NCBI GenBank assembly: GCA_048571215.1
Contig: CP182352.1
Span: 1,664,001-1,728,000, forward strand
Length of the DNA stretch: 64,000 nt
Origin: Halarcobacter sp.
Lineage (GTDB): Bacteria > Campylobacterota > Campylobacteria > Campylobacterales > Arcobacteraceae
Direction of reading: 5' to 3'
Both the position numbers and the translations under genes were made by a program. Positions 31,351-42,325 of the stretch are shown here, one piece after another. A model generated the notes under the pieces. The model saw nothing but the letters and a program-made list of their open reading frames with translations. It made no database searches and had not been told where the DNA came from. The number at the start of each line of letters is the position of its first letter. Position 1 is the first letter of the stretch.

Positions 31351-32122
31351 CTTGTTTACCCGTATTTCCTTTTAATGTGATTTAGGAATAGTAGCTTTTC
31401 AAATGGAAAGATTTCATCGTCATTTTTTCTGTAAAATACTAAATTACAGACCCTACAAATGATTCATCATCTTTTGCCTCATCCAAACTAGGCTTATTTC
31501 TGATTCTCTAAAATTAAAATTCAATTTCGTTCATGACTATACTTAGTGATTAACGTTTAACTAAGAACTAAATAGCATATCAACTAATTATATCTCTCAA
31601 AGACTTTGATATGTTTTTTGTTTTTATTTCCTAAAATATTACCAAGATAATATGAAAATAATATTACAAAAAATGATATCACAATATAATATGGAATTTT
31701 GTTTAGTTTTTCAGTAATCATTTTTTTGTTCTCTCAGTTTTATTTCATTTGATGAAGGTTTATAGTAATGTTTAGTATATAAGTAAATTTCCGATTAATA
31801 TCACACCAATAAATAATCCAAAGGGTAACTCAAATATTTTTCTCATACTTTTACCATTTATTATAATAAAATAATTTGATGGTCTCTTTTGATTTGTTAT
31901 ACCTTATTTTTTGGCTTTACCAGCTTCAAGTATCGGCAAATCTGCTTCAGTTGGAATATAAATACGTTCACCTTTACCATCCTAATGTTATACTATTATA
32001 TAACAAAATAATAAATATATCAGGAGAGCATTATCGATAAAAAATAAAATATATGCTTGCACTTCTTTGAGAAAAAGTAATTCAAAAGCTACAAATTTTC
32101 CCCAAGAAATATTAAGAATCTG

Positions 32123-32740
32123 TTATAATCGTTCACTAAATGCTAGCTTAAGCCCAAGTGCAGCAAAGCTCGTTGCAAAAACTTTTTGTATCAGAATACT
32201 AAACCTCTTAGATTTTATAATATACTTGCTAAACAAACCTGATAAAAAGCCATATACAATAAACACAACAAAGGTCATAAGCATAAATACAAAACCTAAT
32301 AAAAGCATAATACTCAATGGGTTTTCTACACTACTAGGAATAAATTGAGGAAGAAAAGCTAAAAAGAAAATTGAAAGTTTAGGGTTTAAGATATTTAGTA
32401 AAAAACCTTTTATAACAAGATTAAAATAGTTATTATTTGAGTTTTGCTTTGAAATATTTAAAGGTGAAGAAGAGCGCCACATTTGCCATGCTAAATAAAG
32501 AAGATAAGCCGCGCCAATATATTTGACAACTTGAAAAGCAAGGGCACTAGTGTGAAATATAGCAGCAAGACCAAAGCTACTAGCTAATAAAGCAGGAACA
32601 ATACCTAAAGTACAACCAACTGCTGCAAAGAAACTAGCACGTTTTCCGACAAACAAACCAGTAGCAATAGTATATAAAACCCCTGTACCTGGAATCAAAA
32701 CAACTACTAGCGAAGTAAGTAAAAACTCAAAAGATATCAT
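32123..32740 (-). CDS. LysE family exporter
   Basis: IPGTG, GAAYLLYLAW, LNPKLSIFFLAFLPQF. Confidence 0.85.
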   Translation of the reverse strand: MISFEFLLTSLVVVLIPGTGVLYTIATGLFVGKRASFFAAVGCTLGIVPALLASSFGLAAIFHTSALAFQVVKYIGAAYLLYLAWQMWRSSSPLNISKQNSNNNYFNLVIKGFLLNILNPKLSIFFLAFLPQFIPSSVENPLSIMLLLGFVFMLMTFVVFIVYGFLSGLFSKYIIKSKRFSILIQKVFATSFAALGLKLAFSERL

Positions 32741-32827
32741 AATATGTTTCCTTTTCTTTTTTTGATACTCTTCATTTTTAGTTTTCATTGTTTCATATAA
32801 ACAAATTATACAATTTAAGAGTGTATT

Positions 32828-32884
32828 ATGAGTAAAAAATCACTTAATATTTTAAGGGATAGATTTAAATACAAGTATTTTTAG
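32828..32884 (+). pseudogene. IntI N-terminus-like stub MSKKSLNILRDRFKYKYF*
   Basis: Longest match to the integron-integrase start pattern (KKLLD..RD.I+.KHY). Confidence 0.55.
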
Positions 32885-32895
32885 GTGAATATTAA

Positions 32896-33219
32896 CTAAA
32901 ATAGATCAAATGCAGTATCTATAATAAGATCAAATAAAGCATTCTTGAATCTCTCTAGTCTTACCAAAGCAAGTCCAGATTGCTTTAATGCATGTAATTC
33001 TATCACATCTTTTCTTCCCAAAACAAGCCATTCAAAATCATCATGTGTCAATTCACCTTGTGCAAGGAGCTTTGTCCATCGCTTAAAATCATTTTTAGAT
33101 AACTCAAGAAACTCCTTTGCATCAGTAAGTGCCTCATCCTTGAAACCTTTGAGCATTTTTTTGGCAATCTCTTCTACACCTTCTTGAACTGCTTGTGAAA
33201 AATTATCAAAATTTGACAT
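32896..33219 (-). CDS. Hypothetical protein
   Basis: ATG at 33219 after AGGA; follows the lipoprotein gene. Confidence 0.6.
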   Translation of the reverse strand: MSNFDNFSQAVQEGVEEIAKKMLKGFKDEALTDAKEFLELSKNDFKRWTKLLAQGELTHDDFEWLVLGRKDVIELHALKQSGLALVRLERFKNALFDLIIDTAFDLF

Positions 33220-33229
33220 ATCGATTTTC

Positions 33230-33676
33230 CTAATTATTATTTTCTGGTTTAATCTTACCACTTTCAAGACCAATAATCTGGTCAAAGCCAAGAGAAACAT
33301 TTCTTTTAGTTTCAATAATAAAGATTTTTGAAAGAGTCCCTTTCTCTTTCCAGCGAGCTAAGAAACCTCCCAATAAGTTACGACTAGGGTCTTTCATAAT
33401 TTCCCATTGCTTTGTGACTAATTCATTTTTAGGTCGCCCTTTGGCATATTCATAAGCTTTTTCTACTTTTACTTTCAATCTATCCACGATTATTTTATTT
33501 TTAGAGTATGGCTGTGTTGCTTTATCCATTAACTCTAAGGAATCAACTTTGATAGAAGTTGCATTTTGATAAGCAACTGTGTCATATTTATCAATCAACA
33601 ATGAACAACCACTTATTATGAAAGAAAATAAAATCATCCATATAACTGATAAATTTCTATTAACAATGTAGTTCAT
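33230..33676 (-). CDS. Hypothetical lipoprotein
   Basis: Lipobox ISGC. Confidence 0.65.
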   Translation of the reverse strand: MNYIVNRNLSVIWMILFSFIISGCSLLIDKYDTVAYQNATSIKVDSLELMDKATQPYSKNKIIVDRLKVKVEKAYEYAKGRPKNELVTKQWEIMKDPSRNLLGGFLARWKEKGTLSKIFIIETKRNVSLGFDQIIGLESGKIKPENNN

Positions 33677-33706
33677 TTTTTTCCTTTTTGATGAGTAGTT
33701 AGATTT

Positions 33707-33740
33707 ACTTAACTATCTATTAAATATACAATATATGTAT
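33707..33740 (-). other. attI-like site (core GTTAAGT)
   Basis: Plus strand acttaactatctattaaatatacaatatatg, similar to the 50424 site. Confidence 0.55.
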
Positions 33741-33910
33741 TTATCATCTAAAATCCATAATAATTATATATCAGTTTCAGATTCAAAACAATTCCCAACT
33801 TTATAAAAAAGCAACTATTAATATTATATCTAAAATACTTAGAATAATATAAAATTTATAATTATTAAATAAAAATTTTAATAATTATATACTTTAGAAT
33901 TTTATAGCTT

Positions 33911-34066
33911 TTATTCAAATTCAATATTTTCATAATGTGATACACTAAAAGACTCTGCATATTTTTTCATCTCATCTGGAATAATTGCTTGATTCCAATT
34001 CTCACCTGAAAACTCTATAAGGGAAGATTCATCTTCCCATACTGTAACTATTGTATGATTAACCTC
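33911..34066 (-). pseudogene. 3' fragment of a small ABM-like protein gene
   Basis: EVNHTIVTVWEDESSLIEFSGENWNQAIIPDEMKKY...IEFE*; no start. Confidence 0.45.
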
Positions 34067-34189
34067 TTTATAATATTAAATTAAAAACAATAAATTTAAA
34101 ATATTTTATATACCTGAACTACTATTCACTTAATCTATATTTAAAAATAAATAATATACAATTCTTAAATATAGTTGAAAGGATAAATC

Positions 34190-34942
34190 ATGCAAGTAAA
34201 CAGTAATCATCACACACGTATTTATGGAGAAATACAAGAGCTTCCCGAACCTACGCCATTAGATAAAGAGACAGTAAATGCAATAAGAGAAGCTCAGAAA
34301 AAGGTAGATGAAGAAAGAAAAGAGTATGTTCCTACAAGTAAACAATTAGATGAAAATCCTTGGTTAAAAAATGCAGCAACTGGGCTTAATAAAGTCTCAG
34401 ATATTATTAAAGACTATGAAAGAGGCATTGATGGTTCTGGAAAATTTACAATATCGAAATTGACAAATGACTCTTTTGATGTCGTAAATGACAAAGATGA
34501 AGTTACTGGTACCTATGGTATTTTTTCAAAGGTAGATGAAGCAACTATCCACTTACCTTGGGATGATGAGAATTATACAAGAGAAGGTACAAAAGAAACA
34601 ACAGGTATGAGTCTAAGATATACATATACTTCATACGAAGATCATTCTTTTAAAAGTGCTGATATATCATTTGATCTTAAAAACACTGATATAGAGATTG
34701 ATTTTAATAAACTTACTGATAAATTAAAAAGTGACAAAGAGTTTGAAAAAAACTTTTTATCTGCTTTGGATGATTATATGAATAATAATAACAGTAGTAA
34801 ACTCATTAATTATTTAAAACAAGCCTTAGAACTTGAAAATGCAGATTTAAGTGTAAAAGAACCTAGCACTTCATCAATATATGGTAATAAAGGAAATTTA
34901 AACTCTATAAATAATAGTTCACATTTAAGCCTTTTATCATAA
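34190..34942 (+). CDS. Hypothetical protein
   Basis: 250-aa ORF with AAGGA RBS. Confidence 0.65.
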   Translation: MQVNSNHHTRIYGEIQELPEPTPLDKETVNAIREAQKKVDEERKEYVPTSKQLDENPWLKNAATGLNKVSDIIKDYERGIDGSGKFTISKLTNDSFDVVNDKDEVTGTYGIFSKVDEATIHLPWDDENYTREGTKETTGMSLRYTYTSYEDHSFKSADISFDLKNTDIEIDFNKLTDKLKSDKEFEKNFLSALDDYMNNNNSSKLINYLKQALELENADLSVKEPSTSSIYGNKGNLNSINNSSHLSLLS

Positions 34943-35047
34943 TTGTAAACTAAAAATTCTGGGGAGATGATACTTAATTAACTATTTAATCAGTTTAATA
35001 TCCTATCCTTGGAACTCTATGTGATAGTATTGTCGTTATTATCTGCC

Positions 35048-35662
35048 CTATTTGTCTACTTTATTAAACTGTATTTCTAAGTTTGAAGCTTGAGTAAAAC
35101 CAAATGTAAGAGGATAAGCTTGATTTTTATCATTGATATAAAAAAGTGCTGGAAAACCTCTTACTTGTAATTGATAAGTGATATTTAAATGCTCTTGAAA
35201 TTTTTTTTCAGTCTCGTAAGAATTAAATACTTTCAAAAACTCTACTTCATCTAATCCAATTGAAATAGCACACTCAACTAAAGTTTCTTTCAAAGAAGGA
35301 TTCTTCGCTTTTTTGTAATAAGCTGATTGAATAGCCTTTGCCATTTCATATGAGCTTTTATCTTTTAAAGTTTGGGCTGAAATTACAGCACGACAAGCAG
35401 GATATGTTGAACGATAAGGAGTATTTAATTTCCAATATTCATGATTAAAAGTTACTTGTGTCTTTTTTTCTATTTCTACCCAATAAGAAGATATACTCTT
35501 TTTCATATCCTCACTCATTGGCTCATAAGTATCAGGAGCTAAACCACCCATTATATAATCAACATCAAGGGAAGGATGTTTTTGTAAAAAATCTTCTAAC
35601 TCTGGTTGAAAAGCATAACACCAAGCACACATTGGATCCATAATATATAATAATTTCATCAT
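35048..35662 (-). CDS. DsbA/FrnE-like thioredoxin-fold protein
   Basis: DPMCAWCY, STYPACRAV, VRGFP. Confidence 0.85.
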   Translation of the reverse strand: MMKLLYIMDPMCAWCYAFQPELEDFLQKHPSLDVDYIMGGLAPDTYEPMSEDMKKSISSYWVEIEKKTQVTFNHEYWKLNTPYRSTYPACRAVISAQTLKDKSSYEMAKAIQSAYYKKAKNPSLKETLVECAISIGLDEVEFLKVFNSYETEKKFQEHLNITYQLQVRGFPALFYINDKNQAYPLTFGFTQASNLEIQFNKVDK

Positions 35663-35912
35663 ATCCTCATTTTATATACTAATTTTAGTAATTGTAACCA
35701 CTTTATTCTTATCTTTTGTTATCCTTATCACCTACCCTATTTTTAAGCCCTATTTTGTATTTACTTCCTAAAAGCAAATAGATCTAAGCTTTTTTTCCTT
35801 TATACTTGTTCTATTGCACCTTGCACTTGCTTTTCATCTTGTTTTTCTTATCCAAAAGAATAAGAAAAGATAAAAACTTATAAGATTATAAAAATTTGCA
35901 TATGTTTCATGA

Positions 35913-36299
35913 TTATATTACATCTAAGATTTTTTCAAGAAAATAGTGTAAGAAAGCTAAAATAACTAATATTAACAGCATAGAAATTCCACGTTTTAGG
36001 AACATATACTTGGATGAGTTACATTTTTTTTTCAGATAAAAGAGATCAAAAAGTATAAATAGTATAGCTAAAATGGCTCCTATTATACCTCCCACAAAAA
36101 ACACTCCAAAAAAATGCATTTTAGAATAAACAAAAGACAAGATACTTGTTTCTTCAGGCGTTGGACCTGCGATCAAGTATGAAAGCAAATACATATAGCC
36201 AATACCTAGAATCAAGGCAATGACTGTCCAAAGAGCATACTCCAAAATGAGTTTTCCCATTTTATTTGATTGAACAACATTTTTTTCATTCATTTTCAT
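35913..36299 (-). CDS. Hypothetical membrane protein
   Basis: Three TM segments, overlaps the upstream gene. Confidence 0.6.
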   Translation of the reverse strand: MKMNEKNVVQSNKMGKLILEYALWTVIALILGIGYMYLLSYLIAGPTPEETSILSFVYSKMHFFGVFFVGGIIGAILAILFILFDLFYLKKKCNSSKYMFLKRGISMLLILVILAFLHYFLEKILDVI

Positions 36300-37401
36300 T
36301 GGGTATTCCTTTCATTTTAAACTCATTTGCAAACAAATCATAGATAATATGCATTTTGTGATTATTAAAGCTATGCGTAAACTTTTTGTCAAATTGTGGA
36401 TGTGGTCCATCAAAAAGAAAAAACAAAACTGACTTTGCTTCTTTAAACTCCAAGGTATTGATTAGATTATATCGTTGTTTTTTCTTGATATACTTTATAG
36501 ATTTATCTTGAAAATAATTGACAGCATCAGCTTGCCATTTGCCATTTTTTGCAATATTAATGAGTTTTTTTTCATAGTTCTTATACTTTTCATTTGAAAT
36601 CAACTCAAAAAAATAAGCAATATATGCATTACTTTCGTTGTAGAGTTTACTGGGGGAATCGCTGTACTCATTCCATCCAAAATAACTTATAAATTCTTGA
36701 AAACTATCAGGAAAGAGATTTAAAAAAAGTACCTCATTTTTTGTGGAGAACGCCAGCTTTATTTGAGATATGGAAATACTGTTATCTAGCGGTTCTTCAA
36801 CATCAGAAATTGTATCATTGTTATTGAACTTGCGATTGGGTTTATTAATCAAATTTCCCTCATTGAAGAAACTAAACTTTCCACATTTCAAAGTAACATT
36901 GGCTTTACAGTTAGAATAATTAAATTCTGCCAACTTATACTTACTATACATACCTAATTCTTCAGTGACCAAGCCACCTAGATCTTCTTCATTTTCTAAA
37001 AAATATGCTGTACCTTCATCTTGAAAAACACTAAAAGGAAAAGCCTTATAGTACTTATAAAATAAAATCGAATCTTCTTTTTGATAAGCTAGTTTCTTGC
37101 CTGTTGAAAACCCTTTCTTCATGTGTTCTGTTACTTTTTTCCTAATTGCTTGATGAAGAATACTCTGATCTTTTTCAGGATACTTTATTAAATAAAGGTT
37201 AGGATAGACCTCTGATTGTATAAACATCATATTCTTAAAAAAGAAGTGGTTAATAATCTGTACAACAATACCAATAACAAGCAAAGCCAAAGCCACACGT
37301 GACCTTACTTTATTTTGTAAAATCCACTTTATTAATCTAATAGCAAAAAATAGTAAGCCAATACTCAATAGTAGAAAAAATATGATGAGGATTATTTCCA
37401 T
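36286..37401 (-). CDS. Hypothetical protein with two N-terminal TM helices
   Basis: 371-aa ORF. Confidence 0.6.
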   Translation of the reverse strand: MEIILIIFFLLLSIGLLFFAIRLIKWILQNKVRSRVALALLVIGIVVQIINHFFFKNMMFIQSEVYPNLYLIKYPEKDQSILHQAIRKKVTEHMKKGFSTGKKLAYQKEDSILFYKYYKAFPFSVFQDEGTAYFLENEEDLGGLVTEELGMYSKYKLAEFNYSNCKANVTLKCGKFSFFNEGNLINKPNRKFNNNDTISDVEEPLDNSISISQIKLAFSTKNEVLFLNLFPDSFQEFISYFGWNEYSDSPSKLYNESNAYIAYFFELISNEKYKNYEKKLINIAKNGKWQADAVNYFQDKSIKYIKKKQRYNLINTLEFKEAKSVLFFLFDGPHPQFDKKFTHSFNNHKMHIIYDLFANEFKMKGIPNENE

Positions 37402-37435
37402 GAAGTTATATCCTTAGGGCACAGCAATCAATAAG

Positions 37436-37819
37436 CTAATACCACTTAGTCAAATACTTAATACGAGCATTTGTCATTTCAATTTCGCACTCAAGTCTGG
37501 CTTCATTGCGTTGCATACCTCCACTTTGAAGTACATAAAATGCATCACAATTTTTTTTCTTGAATTCAAGCCAGCTACGTTGACTAATAATCAAGCTTTG
37601 TTTCAATTCATTAGCATCAACTAAAGCTGCATCGGGTAGTTCTCCCGTGTTTATGCTACTCATAATAGCTTTATAAACACGATTCAATTCAGCATCAGAT
37701 GACTCTAGTTCAAGCTGTAGCTCACATAAAGAAGCAGGCAAACCACAACGCTCATCAATATCTTGTGCAAACAATTGGAAAGTCGTACAATAAAAAAATA
37801 GAACCATGAACCTAATCAT
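37436..37819 (-). CDS. LprI/DUF1311 family protein
   Basis: DAELNRVY, SQRSWLEF..C, C.IEMT.ARI. Confidence 0.75.
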   Translation of the reverse strand: MIRFMVLFFYCTTFQLFAQDIDERCGLPASLCELQLELESSDAELNRVYKAIMSSINTGELPDAALVDANELKQSLIISQRSWLEFKKKNCDAFYVLQSGGMQRNEARLECEIEMTNARIKYLTKWY

Positions 37820-37841
37820 TTAACTTTCCTTTTCTTAAAAT

Positions 37842-37975
37842 ATATAGTATTTGAGTTGAAAAACAAGGAGATATTTTTACTTAGTTCTTCAAAAGGTTTA
37901 ATTAAATTACTTTACAAGATAAAAGCTTAATAAATGCATTATTACCTTATTTTTCTTTCCAAGGTCTTATTACAC
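37842..37975 (-). other. Degenerate attC
   Basis: Minus strand gtgtaat-aagaccttggaaagaaaaataagg ... ccttgtttttcaactcaaat-actatat; same arms as the 48875 attC, both cores mutated. Confidence 0.6.
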
Positions 37976-38051
37976 GATTTTATTTGATTTTTAATCTACA
38001 AAGATATAACAGAAGTTTTAGAATTGTCTATCACTTTTAAAGCTCTCTTTA

Positions 38052-38642
38052 TTAATTTTTAATCTCTTTAAGTTCTTTAAGTTTTTCAATAATTTTTAAT
38101 TCTTCTGAATTTTTTGGTGTTGTATTATCTTTTTTAGTGAAAAGATAACTTTTTAGTATATCATTTAAGATATCTTCTGTCTGATTAAATTTAGATAAAA
38201 AAGCAAATTGTTCTTTTTGATAATTCTTATCACTAGCCATTTGCTCAATATTTCCATTCAAAATTGTTTGACCTATCATAACTGTTTTAATTGAAGAGAT
38301 CATCTCTTTAACTTCATTATACATTTTCGATATTTTTTCGATATTATCTTTAGAAATACCTTTTTCTCTTATTTCATCTTGTATTCTAGTTAATAAATCT
38401 TCTAATCTTTTAACTTCTTCTTCTGAAATACCTTTTCTTAAAAATGACAAAACAGTAGCAGAAAATTGTTTAAATAAATCATTTACTGATTGCTCAGGTT
38501 CTTCTTTTTGCGTATGTTTAGTATTTTCTTGTTTCTCTTTTAACATATTAGAAAAATTAATATCACTATCTTTTTTTTCTTTTTTTTTGTTATTTTCTAA
38601 CATGCTTGAATTTGTTTGTTGAAGTCCATTTATCATATTCAT
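38052..38642 (-). CDS. Hypothetical protein
   Basis: 196-aa ORF with AAGGA RBS. Confidence 0.6.
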   Translation of the reverse strand: MNMINGLQQTNSSMLENNKKKEKKDSDINFSNMLKEKQENTKHTQKEEPEQSVNDLFKQFSATVLSFLRKGISEEEVKRLEDLLTRIQDEIREKGISKDNIEKISKMYNEVKEMISSIKTVMIGQTILNGNIEQMASDKNYQKEQFAFLSKFNQTEDILNDILKSYLFTKKDNTTPKNSEELKIIEKLKELKEIKN

Positions 38643-38812
38643 AGAAATCCTTCATAAAAAGATTTAAAATTGTAGCATTTCTTTAATAAAATAAGAAAAT
38701 AGAGTATTTACTAGACTTTTAATAGAACTCCACGAACATGATACTAAATTGATTAGGTATCATGTCCCCCAGAACTCTAGATTCATAGTCTGATGCTTTG
38801 TTATACATTCTA

Positions 38813-39604
38813 TCAAATATATATTTTACCTTGCATGTATAATACTGCAAAACCTGAAATAAAAACTCGTTCATTTTTAATTTCACAATATAAAACACCA
38901 CCTCTACTTGAAGCTTGATATGCAATCAAATTTGTTTTTGATAATTTTTTAGCCCAATAAGGAGCTAATCCTGAGTGAATTGAACCAGTTACAGGGTCTT
39001 CATCACCTCCATTTGCAGGCCAAAAATATCTAGATATAAAATCAAATTCTTTAGAAGAAGCAGTAACCACAACATCAAAAGGAGCTAATTGTTTTAACTT
39101 TATTGAATCATATTCGATATTTTTCACATCATCTTCATTATCCATGATAGCAAAATATGCTTGTCTATTTTGTAATACTTTTATTGGTTTGATTGATAAA
39201 CCATCAAGTAAATCTTGTGGAGTATCTTCAATTTCTTGTGGCTCTTGATTAGGGAAACTCATTTGTATTTTTCCATCATCATTTTGATAAACATATAGCG
39301 AACCAACTTTTAATGTTGAAAACTCTATTTCATCTTTACATTTAAAATGATTAAAAATTATAAAAGAAGATGCTAATGTGGCATGTCCACAAAAATCTAT
39401 TTCGGATATTGGAGAAAACCATCTTATCTCATATTTATTTGGAGCAATCTCTTTTATAAACGCAGTTTCAGATAAATTATTTTCCATTGCAATCTTTTGC
39501 ATTAACTCTGGTTCTAACCACTCTTTTAGTGGTACTATCGCAGCTTGGTTACCTTGAAATTGTTTTTGCGTAAATGCATCAACAATATATATGTCTAGTG
39601 TCAT
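38813..39604 (-). CDS. PhzF family isomerase
   Basis: VDAFT..GNQAA, NLSETAF, FCGHATLA, EDPVTGSIH. Confidence 0.9.
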   Translation of the reverse strand: MTLDIYIVDAFTQKQFQGNQAAIVPLKEWLEPELMQKIAMENNLSETAFIKEIAPNKYEIRWFSPISEIDFCGHATLASSFIIFNHFKCKDEIEFSTLKVGSLYVYQNDDGKIQMSFPNQEPQEIEDTPQDLLDGLSIKPIKVLQNRQAYFAIMDNEDDVKNIEYDSIKLKQLAPFDVVVTASSKEFDFISRYFWPANGGDEDPVTGSIHSGLAPYWAKKLSKTNLIAYQASSRGGVLYCEIKNERVFISGFAVLYMQGKIYI

Positions 39605-39608
39605 TCTT

Positions 39609-39779
39609 TTATTCCTTTAATTTTAAAAAATCGTCATCAATTATCATAAGTTTTACTCCATTTTTTATAACATAGCGATGAAAACTTAAACCATCCGATA
39701 CAACATATTCACCTTTATGTTCAGTTTTTTCAATTTTTGACCAATCTATAGTTTGAAATGGTATATTTTTATTATTAAT
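39609..39779 (-). pseudogene. Internally deleted small cupin (DHCW-motif-like) cassette gene
   Basis: NIPFQTIDWSKIEKTEHKGE joined directly to YVVSDGLSFHRY..GVKLMIIDDDFLK; no ATG; directly downstream of an attC. Confidence 0.55.
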
Positions 39780-39805
39780 TTTTAATTATCTTTAACTTTT
39801 ATTTT

Positions 39806-39937
39806 ACATAATGGTGAAATTGAAAAATGAGGGTATTTTACATTTGATAGTTCAATTCACATTTTTGTTAGTTTACAAGATAAAGCTTTAAATTATCGCA
39901 AATAACCCTTGTTTTTCTTTCCAATAATTTGTTATGC
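39806..39937 (-). other. attC with mutated R' core
   Basis: GCATAAC-aaattattggaaagaaaaacaaggg ... ccctcatttttcaatttcacc-ATTATGT; R'' overlaps the stop of 39932..40384. Confidence 0.7.
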
Positions 39938-40384
39938 CCTACCACAAAATCCAGTATTTAGTATAAAAGGACTAATAATAAAACAATATATTAAAAAACC
40001 TATAATTAATACCATTAAAACCAATGCAAAAATAGCTCCGATTCTTGTCATTTTATCACTGCAATATGCTTCATCAGCTATACTTAATGGTGACAAGTAT
40101 TCTAACCCATACTCCAAAACTATATATGTTATTATTGTACCTACAATTGCCACTAAAAAAGAACTTGTAATATAGTTTAAAAAAAAACCAATAAGTAATA
40201 TCCATACAAGCTCTATGAATAATAAACCAGATAAAATAAATAAAATAAAATTCTTATTTTTTTTAATTTTTTCATTACAATTTGGGCATTGAAAACATTT
40301 GATAAAAGTTCCAGATGGAGATTTATTAAAAATAATCCATTTAAGGGGTATTGATTCTTTTCCACAATTAGGGCACAATTTCAT
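39932..40384 (-). CDS. Cassette gene: zinc-ribbon plus TM hypothetical protein
   Basis: Two CPNC motifs; ends in an attC. Confidence 0.65.
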   Translation of the reverse strand: MKLCPNCGKESIPLKWIIFNKSPSGTFIKCFQCPNCNEKIKKNKNFILFILSGLLFIELVWILLIGFFLNYITSSFLVAIVGTIITYIVLEYGLEYLSPLSIADEAYCSDKMTRIGAIFALVLMVLIIGFLIYCFIISPFILNTGFCGRA

Positions 40385-40554
40385 AATTTACCTCATACTA
40401 TTACGATTGACTTCAGTGACTCGATGTATTCACTGCTAGGAGACTGTGAAAGAAGTCAATTTTAATATATATAATATTCTACATAAAAACACCTAAAAAT
40501 AATCATTCTAAAAATACTAAAATATTATAATATATTATATTTTAAAGGTGATTT

Positions 40555-40581
40555 ATGGGTAAAAAACTACTTGATAAATGA
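40555..40581 (+). pseudogene. IntI stub MGKKLLDK*
   Basis: AAGGTG RBS; followed by repeat copy A. Confidence 0.55.
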
Positions 40582-40590
40582 TTGACATCA

Positions 40591-40690
40591 GAAACAATAA
40601 ATAAACACTCGGCTTCTCAAATGTGGGAAAGTGGGAAATTGACCTTTGCATTTTTTGATACCATTTTATTTGAATTGGTGTAATACTCAA
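40591..40690 (+). repeat. Structured repeat copy A (partial)
   Basis: aataaacactcggcttctcaaatgtgggaaagtggg...ggtgtaatactcaa. Confidence 0.85.
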
Positions 40691-40726
40691 TTTATACAAA
40701 GAAAGTTTGCAGCTAGTGTATTTAGT

Positions 40727-40887
40727 CCAGACTTTGTTGAAGCCGAAAGTTTTCTAATTATTTTCGGAGAAGACCGAGGACCGTTCAACTGGATAAAAGG
40801 TACTGAATGTACCTTTTAGGAAGGCGTTCCGCAGGTCAGGAAATAATTATAAAACTGTAGGGAACTTTAGCTTCAACAACCGTCTGG
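40727..40887. repeat. Palindromic element of about 160 bp
   Basis: ccagac-tttgttgaagc ... gcttcaacaa-ccgtctgg ends; inner aaaaggtac-tgaat-gtacctttt hairpin. Confidence 0.65.
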
Positions 40888-41107
40888 TTGCTTTTTGTCT
40901 TACTTTTTACAACTAAAAAGTGAGAAAGCGAAGAACTTGTTCTTTAAGACAATTGCATACAATAAAAACTATTATCAAAATATTTGAGTATAAATAAACT
41001 TTTACTATACGTCTTAATTTCTATCGACTTTCTTTTGTGAAAAAGAAAGTAGCAAAGAAGTTGCCACCTTAAAAAATGATAAAATATAAAATATTTAAAT
41101 CTAATAT

Positions 41108-42091
41108 TTATGATATACTTTTAAATTTATTAGGGTCATATATATTATTATTTTTATATAATGAGTGAGCAATTACAATCATTTTTCGCATTACAGCAAT
41201 TTGTGCTACAGTAGTATGTTTGCCATTCTCTTTTAATCTATTATAAAATATTTTTAATTCTTCATTGTATTGTATCGCTGTCATTACTGCCATAAATAAT
41301 GTACCCCTACATAATTTTGAACCAGATTTTGATATTTTTGTTTTTCCTTTTATTGATGAACCAGAATCTCTACTAACTGGATCTAATCCAGCTAATGAAA
41401 CAATTTGCTTTTGATTTGTATCAGGATATTGTATAAAATGGTGTAATAATATAATTGAAGATAATTCTCCTATGCCTTTTATAGTTTGGATATTTAAAAA
41501 TGCATTATGTAAATTTTTGTCTTTTGCAATAACTTTTTTTATCTCAATAAGAATATCTTTTTCTTTTTTTTCAAATGATTTTATATCTTTTCTTAATGAT
41601 TTAATTATAATAGATGAAGCATCTTTTGAAACTAAAGCTTCCAAATGATTTTTATTTTGAGTTTTAATTTTTGATATAAATTTATAATATGTAATAAGCT
41701 CTTTTAATTCCTCGGCATAAGGATTAATAATGGGTATTTTAATCTGATTTTTTCTTGCAGTAACTATCATCTGAGATAACATTCTAGCATCTAAAAGGTC
41801 AGTTTTATTTCTTTGACCAATTGCTTTAGCAAAGTTAGCACTTTTCTTTGGATTAACAATAAAACAGTGTATACTTTTTTCAGAACAAAACTTTTTAATT
41901 AAAAAGGAATAATTAGCTGTAGGTTCAAAAACAAATACAAGTTTATCTATATCTTTTTTATAAAGTTTTTTTAACTTAGAATAAAAACCTTTAAGTGATT
42001 TCAAATTATTTGATATTTGAATATCTAAATCATTGATAGGGATATAAATATTAATTGTTGACTTACTTATATCTAATCCGATAGAATACAT
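41108..42091 (-). CDS. IS110-family recombinase/transposase
   Basis: IGLDISK, FEPTANY, KTDLLDA, IKGIG, AGLDP..RDSGSS, AVMRKM. Confidence 0.93.
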   Translation of the reverse strand: MYSIGLDISKSTINIYIPINDLDIQISNNLKSLKGFYSKLKKLYKKDIDKLVFVFEPTANYSFLIKKFCSEKSIHCFIVNPKKSANFAKAIGQRNKTDLLDARMLSQMIVTARKNQIKIPIINPYAEELKELITYYKFISKIKTQNKNHLEALVSKDASSIIIKSLRKDIKSFEKKEKDILIEIKKVIAKDKNLHNAFLNIQTIKGIGELSSIILLHHFIQYPDTNQKQIVSLAGLDPVSRDSGSSIKGKTKISKSGSKLCRGTLFMAVMTAIQYNEELKIFYNRLKENGKHTTVAQIAVMRKMIVIAHSLYKNNNIYDPNKFKSIS

Positions 42092-42109
42092 ATCTAGAAC
42101 CTTTGTATT

Positions 42110-42325
42110 AATATAAAGAGTTCGTTAGGGTAGGAATAAAATTCCTACCTGATATTTCGTCATACAAACTTTAGACTCGTAAATACGAACTAGTTATAAA
42201 ACTGTTCTTGTTGCCACTCAAATTTGAAGTATAACTATTGAACTTCTTTACAAGCTAATTAAAATTATTTTTAATTGCTTCAACCACCCACACAATATAT
42301 CATCTTCTATTGAACTCTATGAAAA
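42110..42325 (-). ncRNA. Putative IS110 bridge RNA
   Basis: Two hairpin-centred loops with GGGTGGTT/GTAAAGAA (target-like) and GTGGCAAC/TACGA (donor-like) segments; TATAAT at the element end; boundaries approximate. Confidence 0.65.
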
